Below, piece by piece: positions 20,052 to 29,513 of a stretch of 64,000 bases of DNA. Below the pieces are notes generated by a model that saw nothing but the letters and a program-made list of their open reading frames with translations, was not told the DNA's origin and did no database searches. Each line of letters opens with the position of its first letter. Position 1 is the first letter of the stretch. The translations under genes and the position numbers were made by a program. Source of the DNA: a virus (taxonomy: Duplodnaviria > Caudoviricetes); the IMG/VR virus record IMGVR_UViG_3300014204_000162, positions 14,576-78,575 of that record; one strand, 5' to 3'.

Positions 20052-20324
20052 ATGATTATGCAAGAGTTTAAAGTAAATATAAATGATGCCGTTAGAGTCA
20101 AGCTAACAGAATTTGGCGTGGAGATATTAAGGAAAAGACATGAACAGTTAAATGAAGTATTACTACGACATGGGGCTAAAATAGAACCTTTTGTATTGAG
20201 ACTTGATGATAAGGGATATTACAATACTCAATTATGGATGCTGATGAATATATTTGGACCTTATAGCAATATTGGGTTTCCTATTATTTTTGACAATGGT
20301 ATCATCTTTGAAACAACTGAATAG
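20052..20324 (+). CDS. hypothetical phage protein
   Basis: NINDAVRVKLTEFG...QLWMLMNIFG. Confidence 0.65.
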   Translation: MIMQEFKVNINDAVRVKLTEFGVEILRKRHEQLNEVLLRHGAKIEPFVLRLDDKGYYNTQLWMLMNIFGPYSNIGFPIIFDNGIIFETTE

Positions 20325-20404
20325 GCTAGCAATACCAACAGGAGCTTATAGATAGGCTCTTTTTTAATACTTAAACATATATAAATTATTATAAAGGTAG
20401 GTGA

Positions 20405-20923
20405 ATGAATATGTATGACCCAAACAGAGGTGGAAGACCGTTAAAGTTTAAAACCCCGGAAGATTTAGAGAGGAAATGCGAAGAATATTTAGAGTCATGC
20501 TTTGAGGATAAGCCAGTTATGGGCAAAGACGGTTGGCCTATAAAAGATGAAAACGGCTGTGCAGTTATGGAGAGAACGCAGATTACACCCATTACTGTAA
20601 GTGGATTGGCTGTAGCACTTGATACGGATAGAATAACGTTATTGAGATATGAAAAGGACGAAGTAATAAGTGTTAATGAAGAGCAACGCAAGCGGTTTTC
20701 TAACACCGTCAAAAAGTACAAGGCTATTTGCGAACGGTTTGCAGAGGAACAACTTTACAAGCTCCGTAACCCTGCAGGTGCTATCTTTTCACTCAAAAAT
20801 AACTGGCAATGGGTTGATAAGACTGAGTTTACAGTCAATGATACCCCTGATAAACTTAACCCTGACGATGTGTCGAAACGTGTTAGAGAGAAGTTGAAAT
20901 TGGAAAATAAAAATAAGAAGTAA
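20405..20923 (+). CDS. terS: terminase small subunit
   Basis: GGRPLKFKTPEDLERKCEEY...ITVSGLAVALD...GAIFSLKNNWQWVDKTE (DNA-packaging gp3-like). Confidence 0.88.
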   Translation: MNMYDPNRGGRPLKFKTPEDLERKCEEYLESCFEDKPVMGKDGWPIKDENGCAVMERTQITPITVSGLAVALDTDRITLLRYEKDEVISVNEEQRKRFSNTVKKYKAICERFAEEQLYKLRNPAGAIFSLKNNWQWVDKTEFTVNDTPDKLNPDDVSKRVREKLKLENKNKK

Positions 20924-21539
20924 TTATGCTGTGCTGTATACAATGGGTGTAAAGCGTTGATACTACTGGCTTAAGGCCTACTATTGAAACTGTATATACT
21001 ATGCATGAAAGGTATCTTTAACGCAGTGTATATTGGTAAAGTGTAGAAGTGTTAAAGAGGCGGGGGTTGTTTTGGCCTATACTTTTGGTCAGGTACGTTG
21101 TTTAGTCCTCTAAAAATATCTACCAAAACAAACGGCGCCCTTAACCCCACAAATACAAAATAGCCTTAAATATGTACTTTAAGGTTTTAATGTTACTCAA
21201 AATTAGGGGGTTCAATGTGGACCTCCTTTTTATAATGCTGTAAAGTTGATTTTATGAAATATCAATTGCCCTATAACCCGTTTTATAAAAATTTTTCCTA
21301 AAAAATAAAACGGGGACTTTTGCATGTTTTAAAATACTTGATATAAAAGACCATAGAGGAATACTAAAATTATTAGGCCCATGTATTCCTGCATAGTACA
21401 TACCTATTGTGGCTTTTCGTGGTTAAAACCTTAAACCCTTTGATAATATAAGGCTTACATAGATTTTGCAAACGTCATATACCCCTGTTTTTAGAGGGTA
21501 TTTTTACATCTCTGGTGACGTAAAAAAGAGGTGATATTT

Positions 21540-22088
21540 TTGTATAAAAAAACAGTAATTTATAATGACAACGGTGAAATAGTAAACGATAAAACATTGA
21601 GATATAAAAATAAATTCGACGAAGAAGAAGGATATTTATTTTGGAACCAAAGGAATTTTGTTAAAACATTTTCTGATGTAGAATACCCTAAAGAAATGAA
21701 CGACATTGAAATAGGACGGATGGCAAGGCTATCAAAGAAGGTATGGAGCAATACAAACATGCTTGGATATAGAGGAAATGGCGGGATAAGGCCTTATGAC
21801 ATAAATTGCATAGGCCAAATTATAGGGATACAGCAAAGACAGGCAGAACGATTTATATCGAAGATGATTAAATTAGGAATAATGGCAAAAGTCAGTATAA
21901 AAGTAGAAGGGAAAACAGAAGTACAGTATTACCTCAATCCTATCTACTTTTTTTCATCTAATAGAATACCATTAAACTTATATTTGATATTTAGAAAACA
22001 ATTAGATGAAGTTTTACCCAAATGGGTTAAAGAAAGCTATGATACGCAAGTACACGAAGATTCTAAACATGAAGCAAAATTAAAATAA
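21540..22088 (+). CDS. RepL-like winged-helix protein (paralog 2)
   Basis: AERFISKMIKLGIMAKV...QYYLNPIYFFS; TTG start after gaggtg. Confidence 0.6.
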   Translation: MYKKTVIYNDNGEIVNDKTLRYKNKFDEEEGYLFWNQRNFVKTFSDVEYPKEMNDIEIGRMARLSKKVWSNTNMLGYRGNGGIRPYDINCIGQIIGIQQRQAERFISKMIKLGIMAKVSIKVEGKTEVQYYLNPIYFFSSNRIPLNLYLIFRKQLDEVLPKWVKESYDTQVHEDSKHEAKLK

Positions 22089-22100
22089 GGAGGCAATAAA

Positions 22101-22361
22101 ATGCCTGACGAAATGGTAAAAGAAAAATTATGGAAAGAGTTTAGATAATCTGGTCTTTTATGGTGGATAAATATGATATTACATACTTTTGGCTGGGCTA
22201 TTGTTATTGAGATTGATGATAAAGGCGATATAACAAATGCTTATCCGCCGAGGGTAAAGTACCGTGGCTTTGATGAGAGAGACAATACAGAAGGATATAT
22301 AGAAGTATCTGAGTATCTCAAAAAAAATATAGAACAAATCGAGAAAGAGAGTAAGGAATAA
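22101..22361 (+). pseudogene. phage protein interrupted by an in-frame TAA
   Basis: ATG 22101 after aaggagg; reads ...WKEFR*SGLLWWINMILHTFGWAI with TAA at 22146-22148 and the same frame continuing. Confidence 0.6.
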
Positions 22362-22397
22362 GACAACAATCTTTTATAATTCAAGGAGGGCTTATTA

Positions 22398-22727
22398 ATG
22401 AGTGATTTATTAAAAAGAAAAGGCCAATTTGAAATAACGAGGCGTTTGATTAAAGAAAGTCCAGAAGGAGTATTAAAAGTGCTTAAAAATGTATTGGTTG
22501 TCCACATAGTAGACAATTATATAAATGACAGCATGATTTATTTTGGCTATTCGCCGCATTTTGATATTGTTGAAGATTTTCAGGACCCGCCCGTATATAG
22601 GCCAATAATAAATAAATCAGACGGCAATATCAGCGTTGAATGGATAAGACAAGATACATATTCTAAAAACGAGGTTAAATCATTGCTGGCTGAAATTAAA
22701 GAAGAAATCAAAAATACGAAAGCCTAA
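22398..22727 (+). CDS. hypothetical phage protein
   Basis: 109-aa ORF with aaggagg RBS. Confidence 0.65.
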   Translation: MSDLLKRKGQFEITRRLIKESPEGVLKVLKNVLVVHIVDNYINDSMIYFGYSPHFDIVEDFQDPPVYRPIINKSDGNISVEWIRQDTYSKNEVKSLLAEIKEEIKNTKA

Positions 22728-22748
22728 TGGCGTAAAGGAGAAATTGCT

Positions 22749-22991
22749 ATGAAAGGGATAATAAACTCATTAAATAAAGTGGCACAGTCTGTTATTAACT
22801 TTAGTTTAGCCAAAACTATAAATAACATGAAAGGACGTAAATTTACTGAATTTAAAAACATATATAATGTTGAAAATAATTTAACCGATTTGCCAGATGG
22901 AGCACTTTTAGTTCGCTGCCCTGTATTTAAATATTGTTCAGAAGATAATATGCAAAAAATAGCTGAATTACCGATAGGTTACTATCTATAG
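22749..22991 (+). CDS. hypothetical protein
   Basis: 80-aa ORF with aaggag RBS. Confidence 0.55.
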   Translation: MKGIINSLNKVAQSVINFSLAKTINNMKGRKFTEFKNIYNVENNLTDLPDGALLVRCPVFKYCSEDNMQKIAELPIGYYL

Positions 22992-23006
22992 TTAGGAGGG
23001 ATTATT

Positions 23007-23261
23007 ATGAAATACGAACCAACAATGGAAATGAGCAAATTACGAATTAAAGATATATGGGTGAAAGATGGGAGCCTTTGCAGAATAGTACGATGTGGAG
23101 AAAAACCATTTGTATCAAATGGAGAGACAAAAACGGTATCAAGTATAGTTGAGCATATGGATAACGGTATAAGAAAATATGTTGTGCTTACATCCAGTGA
23201 GCAGATAATATGCACCGTTGAACCTTCCAATGTTGTTTATGTACATTATTTTGATAAATAG
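23007..23261 (+). CDS. hypothetical protein
   Basis: 84-aa ORF with aggaggg RBS. Confidence 0.55.
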   Translation: MKYEPTMEMSKLRIKDIWVKDGSLCRIVRCGEKPFVSNGETKTVSSIVEHMDNGIRKYVVLTSSEQIICTVEPSNVVYVHYFDK

Positions 23262-23293
23262 CAAAAGCTTTTACTTCAAAGCAAGGTGATTCT

Positions 23294-24922
23294 ATGGACG
23301 AGCAGCAGAAAAACTTAATAGTAGATTTTACATATAAAAATCTTAGCAAGTTTGGCATAGATAGAGATATGTCCGATGATAAAAAGGTTGCAGCAGTTGA
23401 AACTATTCTTGACGAATATCCTTTAACAGGGCCGGGAGGTTTGCGCCGGATGCTTGGAGAAATAGACCCTGAGTATTTCTGCAAAGCTTATCTGTCAGAT
23501 CAATTTGATAGGGAGTTCGGAGATTATGCAAGGGAGATACTAAATACATTAAAAGTCGTTATAGAATCAAACACAAGAGAAAAACAGGCTACCGTTGCTC
23601 CACGTGGCCATGGTAAAAGTACATTTTCAAGTTTTGCGGTACCAACATGGTGTGCATGTTATGAAAAGAAAAGGTTTATACTTTTTATATCAGCAAACGG
23701 AGATACAGCAGCAAACTTCTTAGAAAAAGTTAAAAAAGCCCTGGAATCACCTGCAATTGTTGAAGATTTTGGAGTTTTAAAAGGCAAGGTTTGGAACGCA
23801 GACAATATATGCACATCAACAGGTGTTTGGATAGCTTGTACAGGCTGGAAGTCAGGAATAAGGGGCATAAATAAGGACACAAGGCCAGATCTGATTGCAT
23901 TAGATGATCTTGAAGATAAGTCGGTTATGGAATCGGACTCTATGGCTAAGAAACTTGAACAATGTTTTAACGAGGAAATAGGACGTTTGGGAGATTACAA
24001 GACTGACATGTTTTATATTGGTACTCTTTTATCAGAAGACAGCTTATTAGCAAGGACGATTAAGCAATCTTCATGGAAAACTCTCTTTTTCAAGAGGGTT
24101 ATTTCATTTCCAGACGATGAAGGAGAAAAGCTATGGGAGGAATGGCGTAAAATTTACCGAGACATGTCAAATGAAAACCGTTTTGACGATGCATGGAATT
24201 TTTACCAGAATAATATAGACGCAATGTTAAAGGGTGTAAAGGTTTTATGGGAAGATAAAGTACCAGCAGATAAGACAAAATACCCGGGGGGTTACTACAA
24301 TGTAATGCTAGACCGTGAGGCATTTGGGGAAAACTCATTTTGGCAGGAGGATCAAAACGAACCACGGTCATCAAGCGATAGACCGTTTAAACAACTAACA
24401 TATTGGCAGGATTTATACGAAGAATACCCAAAGGTAACAAATTTAAAGCTTACAATAGACCCTGCAGAGGGCAAAAAACAAGATAATACCTCATATACAT
24501 TAGGCGGAAAGTTGAATAATGGCGTGTGTATAAAAGATGGACAATTAAAGGACCATAAACTCAATGCAATAATGGAACATACTGCATGGTTTATACAAAC
24601 CTACCCTGAAATAGATGAGGTGCTATTTGAAGAAAACACATATAAGGAAGATGGCACAGAGCAATTAAGGAAATATCTTGTGAGCAAAGGTCTATATCGT
24701 AAAGTCACAGGTTTTAGATCAACAGAAAATAAATACAATAGAATACTGCAAATGGAACCTGACATTAACAATGGCCAGGTTCTTTTTAATAAATTGAATG
24801 TCCAGTATAACAATGAGGTTTTAGGCTTTTCTCCAAGTTGTAAGCATGATGATGCCCCCGATGGATTACATATCCTTTGGAAGCGTCTTAAATCTCCTAA
24901 TTTCTATATAGCATTTGGCTAA
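23294..24922 (+). CDS. terL: terminase large subunit
   Basis: Walker A APRGHGKST, Walker B LIALDDLED, nuclease motifs IDPA and HDDAPD. Confidence 0.95.
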   Translation: MDEQQKNLIVDFTYKNLSKFGIDRDMSDDKKVAAVETILDEYPLTGPGGLRRMLGEIDPEYFCKAYLSDQFDREFGDYAREILNTLKVVIESNTREKQATVAPRGHGKSTFSSFAVPTWCACYEKKRFILFISANGDTAANFLEKVKKALESPAIVEDFGVLKGKVWNADNICTSTGVWIACTGWKSGIRGINKDTRPDLIALDDLEDKSVMESDSMAKKLEQCFNEEIGRLGDYKTDMFYIGTLLSEDSLLARTIKQSSWKTLFFKRVISFPDDEGEKLWEEWRKIYRDMSNENRFDDAWNFYQNNIDAMLKGVKVLWEDKVPADKTKYPGGYYNVMLDREAFGENSFWQEDQNEPRSSSDRPFKQLTYWQDLYEEYPKVTNLKLTIDPAEGKKQDNTSYTLGGKLNNGVCIKDGQLKDHKLNAIMEHTAWFIQTYPEIDEVLFEENTYKEDGTEQLRKYLVSKGLYRKVTGFRSTENKYNRILQMEPDINNGQVLFNKLNVQYNNEVLGFSPSCKHDDAPDGLHILWKRLKSPNFYIAFG

Positions 24923-24937
24923 AAAGGTGGTGATAAA

Positions 24938-26986
24938 TTGAGCATATTTGACAGATTAGGCATGATAAAAGCAGCATTTAGTAGCAACCCAAACAATTTT
25001 ATAAAGGAAACGGCACGACAACTTTTTACGCCTATTTGGTCCGCACCTCCACGCAGAGCTACGAGCGCATGGCTAGATTTGTATATGAAGTCGCCACGTA
25101 TGGCACCTGTACACAAGATTGCTACCGATTTGGCTACGTCAACATACAAATTAAGGGTTAAAAATACTAATCCTGTAAGATATATAGACAATCACCCATT
25201 ACTCAAATTACTTAAAAATCCATGCCCTCAACCAGAAATAACCGGTTATATAATGCTTTACCTAACGGAAGTGTACAGAGATTCTCCGGCAGGTGAAGCA
25301 TTTTGGCTAATAGAGCGTAATGGGCTTAGGGTACCAACTGAATTATGGATTATACCTCCACATTGGATTGTACAAACGCCAACTAAAAGTATTCCGTATT
25401 TTGAAGTGCTGCCGCAGGGAAACACATCTTACAAAATGATATATGTTTTACCTGAAGACATTATATGGTTTAAAGAACCTGATCCGCTTAACCCATATGG
25501 AAGAGGCAGAGGAAGGGCCGAAGCAATCGGCGACGAGATGGAAACTGACGAATATATGGCAAAATATTCAAAGAATAAGTTCTTTAATAATGCCGAACCC
25601 CCTGTAGTCGTCCAAATGCCTGGAGCAGACGAACCAATGATTGATAGGACAAGAGAAATGTGGAACCAAAACTATGGAGGAATAAATAAAGTCGGCAAAA
25701 CAGCATTTGTAGGATGGGATGCAAAAATAACAAAGCTAAACGACACAGAAAAAGATATGGACTTTATTGAAGGCCGTAAATTTTTGCGTGATACAGTCAA
25801 CCAATTTTGGAACATGCCCCCTGAACTATTTGGCATACTTGAAAACAGCAATAGAAGCACAATAGATGCTGCATATTTTATCTACACAAAAAATGTGCTG
25901 TCTCAGCGTCTTAAATCATTTGATGAAGTAATAAATACACAGCTATTGCCAATGTTTGACGATAGATTAGAGCTTGTCCACGATAATGTAGTACCTCAAG
26001 ACAATGAATTCGAGTTGAAGAAAGCTACGGAAGGCTTGAAATATGGTGGTGTAATGGTTGACGAATGGAGAAGGAGCCAGGGGCTTGACGATTTACCGGA
26101 CAATAAGGGGCAAATGTTATATATTCCATTAAATATGACGGCTTATCCAGTTGGTGCAGACCCAAAGGGCCTTCCTAATCAAGAGGAAGATGGGAAAATG
26201 TTTAAAACTATTAAACTCCCAAAATATACAGAAGATAAAAAAATTGCAATATGGAAAAGTTTCGACAATGCCGCAACTAAATACGAGAAAAAACTTGAAA
26301 AAGACTTAAAAAAGTATTTTCAAAACCAACAAGATAAAATCACCAAGCAGCTGATGAAAAGTTTAAACAATATACAGACGAAGGATGCATCTAAAAATCC
26401 TGATGATTACCTTAACTGGAAGGCAGAAATAGCCATTTTGTACGCATTGCTTCAACCTTATTGGATGCTTGCAGGTGAAGAAGGGTTTAATATAGCAACT
26501 AACCTATACAGCCTTGACATAGAATTTGATCAAATAGTAAAGCCTGAGCTTACACAATGGATAGAACAATATGGACTCGATAGAGTGACAGGCATAACTG
26601 ATACTACAAAAGAAGCATTGCGACAGAGTTTGAGTGAAGGAATACAAACAGGTGAAAGTCTTGTAAGTCTAAGGGATAGGGTATCAACAGTATTTTCAGA
26701 AGCAAAGAATACGAGAGCAACATTAATAGCACAAAATGAAACAATGGCAACTGTAGATGTTGGAACTTTTGAAACATATAGGTCTGCAGGACTTGAGAAA
26801 AAAGAGTGGCTGAGTAGTAGAGACAGCGTCGTGAGAGATAGCCATGTGACAATAGACGGGCAAATAAGAAAAATGAATGAGCCATTTAGCAATGGGTTAA
26901 TGTATCCACATGACCCTAACGGTTCAGCAAAAGAAACAATACGCTGCAGATGTACATTGATAATACCAGATGAAAACGAAGAATAG
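24938..26986 (+). CDS. portal protein fused to a MuF/SPP1-gp7-like head morphogenesis domain
   Basis: HK97-type portal (HPLLKLLKNP, GEAFWLIER, VPPELFG-like); C-terminal KEWLSSRD..VRDSH...IRCRCT MuF motif. Confidence 0.9.
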   Translation: MSIFDRLGMIKAAFSSNPNNFIKETARQLFTPIWSAPPRRATSAWLDLYMKSPRMAPVHKIATDLATSTYKLRVKNTNPVRYIDNHPLLKLLKNPCPQPEITGYIMLYLTEVYRDSPAGEAFWLIERNGLRVPTELWIIPPHWIVQTPTKSIPYFEVLPQGNTSYKMIYVLPEDIIWFKEPDPLNPYGRGRGRAEAIGDEMETDEYMAKYSKNKFFNNAEPPVVVQMPGADEPMIDRTREMWNQNYGGINKVGKTAFVGWDAKITKLNDTEKDMDFIEGRKFLRDTVNQFWNMPPELFGILENSNRSTIDAAYFIYTKNVLSQRLKSFDEVINTQLLPMFDDRLELVHDNVVPQDNEFELKKATEGLKYGGVMVDEWRRSQGLDDLPDNKGQMLYIPLNMTAYPVGADPKGLPNQEEDGKMFKTIKLPKYTEDKKIAIWKSFDNAATKYEKKLEKDLKKYFQNQQDKITKQLMKSLNNIQTKDASKNPDDYLNWKAEIAILYALLQPYWMLAGEEGFNIATNLYSLDIEFDQIVKPELTQWIEQYGLDRVTGITDTTKEALRQSLSEGIQTGESLVSLRDRVSTVFSEAKNTRATLIAQNETMATVDVGTFETYRSAGLEKKEWLSSRDSVVRDSHVTIDGQIRKMNEPFSNGLMYPHDPNGSAKETIRCRCTLIIPDENEE

Positions 26987-27001
26987 AGGTGGTGTAAAAA
27001 A

Positions 27002-29455
27002 ATGGATATAAACAGTATGACCCCCGCAAGTGGGCGAATGCTAAAGGAGAATGGTGAGATTGTGAATATTGCAGAATTATTAGCCTATATAGCAGGTGGG
27101 GCAGGACAAGTAAAACCCACCAATTTTTTATATGTGGGTAAAAACGGCAGCGACACAGAAGGCGATGGAAGCGCGAACCTGCCATATCTAACGATACAAA
27201 AGGCTATAGATGTGGCAACACTAGGAACGGCAATATATATATTTCCAGGGACCTACGCAGAAAATATAACGTTTAAAGCAGGAGTTTATTTAGTAGCTCC
27301 GTCAATATTTTCAGTATATATAACAGGCAACCATATAGCCAGTTTTACTGGTACGGTTGTATGTGCAAATATAATACTTAATTCGGCAAGTGGCAATACA
27401 TTAAGCTTTACAGGGGGCAATGCACAAAATTTTCAACTGTTTAATTCAAGTGTTAATGCAACTGCAGGAGATGCTATAAATTGGACAAATACAAACGCAA
27501 ACAGCAAAATTTTATTTCAAGATGGCACATGTAATGTTACAACTTCCGGTGCTAGTGCTAGATGTTTCTATAGCTCATCAACCGCAAAAGGTTCATTCAT
27601 TGCAAACCGTGTAACGATAAGGTTGCTCGATAACCCTAACAATACATGTATAGCTCTAGGCGGTGCAGTAGCATTTACGCATACATCAGACCAGATAGTA
27701 GGACGTGTTGTAGTTAGCGATTCGGCAAGCGTTTTGATTGGCAGTGTGGCAATGGTTACCACATCAGTATCGGTATTGCACACGGCATCAACAGGTACTG
27801 TAACATTTTTAAATGAAACCATAACGACTACTGCAACACCTTCGGTAACCGGCACGGGCCTAGTTTATCATGTAGCATTATTATATACGTCAACTGGGGT
27901 AGGCGGCGCATCAACATTAAGCGGAGGATTAGGACCAATAGGACTCCCAATGAGTAGTATAAAAATTAGAGCAACCGACTTAGTCCCAAGCGCACAGATT
28001 TTAGCAGGGCTTAACACAGGCGCATTTGAATTTACAGGTACTGACTCCTATTTTACAATAGGGGCAACAAGGTATAAACATATGCTTTATCCAGAAAATT
28101 ATCCTTCGCACATTTTATATGTCGATAATTCACGAACTGATAGCTATACACCGGATGGTAGCGCATCTAAGCCATACAAAGATGTACAAAGTGCGCATGA
28201 TGCAATCGGCAAGACTAACTATTTGACTGACAATCAAAATAGTGTAGAAACAGACTTAACCGGTTTTACATCTAAATTGAGTGCGACACTAACAAGAGAT
28301 ATAACAGAGCATAGATTTGGATCTGCATCATTAAAAGTTGTTACTCCCGGAACCGTGTCGGCAGAAGGAGCTACATTAACAGGCGCAGCAGTTGCAGCGT
28401 CTACTCAATATACAGCAGAGGTTTGGGTAAAAGGTTCTGGAACAGCTACATTAGCATTGCAAGAACAGACATCTACAGGCACAGTTGTTGGGACTACAAC
28501 AAAAGCAATAACTCTTACAGATATTTGGACACGCTATGAAATATCGCGAACTTTTGGGGCAACAGGGGTTTCAGCAGTTGTTTTACTTTATACAGCAACT
28601 GCACAGGCAACAACTTTTTATGCTGATGGTTTTAGAGTTGGTCTGGCTTCTGAAATACCAAGTTCAACAAATATGTACAGTATTTGCGTAGCTTTGGGTA
28701 TGCGATATACTGGAACGCTAGATATTTGGAGAGATTATTTAACCATATATGGACAAGGTGCGACAAAAGGTGCGGGGTTTAAAGGAACTATAAACAATTG
28801 GTCACCACATTTAACATTACAGGGAATTCATTTAATGGGAACTTCAAGTGCGACTAGAGATTGCTATTTTAATCAGGTTATGAATGGCGATTTCCTTGTT
28901 GAATTTAAAGATTGTAGGGCTTCATACTGCACAATGGTGGTATCTGCATCCGGTACTACAGCTCAAAAAAATAATGCGTATGTGCAAGCAACTGGTGGTA
29001 CTACACTTTGGCAACAAAATACTATTGCTTGTACAGGAGTAAATGGGACTCTTGGATTAATCAGCGGTATACACGCGGTAAATACATTCACAGCAACTGG
29101 ATGTTACCTTGTTATGGGGTGCGCTACAGTTGATAGTTGCATAACGAACCTTGAGGCAGGAACCGTAGCGGAATTTATGGGAATGAATGCTGTGAGAAAT
29201 ACTGTGAATTTAAAAACCGGTGCTACATTATATGCAGATATTAACGCATTGAATAACTTTAATAATACGCTTAATAATACAGGAGGAACTTTAATTCGAG
29301 TATCAGATGCACAGGTATTCGCGGCTTTACAAACCTTAAAAGCTTCAGCTATATCAGATCCGTCTGGTGGAGATACAATTGATTCTGAATCAAGAACAGC
29401 TATAAACGCTATTCTTGATGTTTTGCAAACATACGGAATGATTGCAACGTCGTAA
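27002..29455 (+). CDS. large beta-rich virion-associated or carbohydrate-binding protein
   Basis: two beta-helix cap motifs (YVGKNGSD..GDGS..LPYLTIQKAID; YVDNS...DGS..KPYKDVQSAHD) and a central CBM4/9-like segment; T/G/A/S-rich. Confidence 0.6.
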   Translation: MDINSMTPASGRMLKENGEIVNIAELLAYIAGGAGQVKPTNFLYVGKNGSDTEGDGSANLPYLTIQKAIDVATLGTAIYIFPGTYAENITFKAGVYLVAPSIFSVYITGNHIASFTGTVVCANIILNSASGNTLSFTGGNAQNFQLFNSSVNATAGDAINWTNTNANSKILFQDGTCNVTTSGASARCFYSSSTAKGSFIANRVTIRLLDNPNNTCIALGGAVAFTHTSDQIVGRVVVSDSASVLIGSVAMVTTSVSVLHTASTGTVTFLNETITTTATPSVTGTGLVYHVALLYTSTGVGGASTLSGGLGPIGLPMSSIKIRATDLVPSAQILAGLNTGAFEFTGTDSYFTIGATRYKHMLYPENYPSHILYVDNSRTDSYTPDGSASKPYKDVQSAHDAIGKTNYLTDNQNSVETDLTGFTSKLSATLTRDITEHRFGSASLKVVTPGTVSAEGATLTGAAVAASTQYTAEVWVKGSGTATLALQEQTSTGTVVGTTTKAITLTDIWTRYEISRTFGATGVSAVVLLYTATAQATTFYADGFRVGLASEIPSSTNMYSICVALGMRYTGTLDIWRDYLTIYGQGATKGAGFKGTINNWSPHLTLQGIHLMGTSSATRDCYFNQVMNGDFLVEFKDCRASYCTMVVSASGTTAQKNNAYVQATGGTTLWQQNTIACTGVNGTLGLISGIHAVNTFTATGCYLVMGCATVDSCITNLEAGTVAEFMGMNAVRNTVNLKTGATLYADINALNNFNNTLNNTGGTLIRVSDAQVFAALQTLKASAISDPSGGDTIDSESRTAINAILDVLQTYGMIATS

Positions 29456-29513
29456 AAAACATTTAAAAATGATGACACACTCTTATATTAAGAGATAAAA
29501 GGAAGGTGAAATA

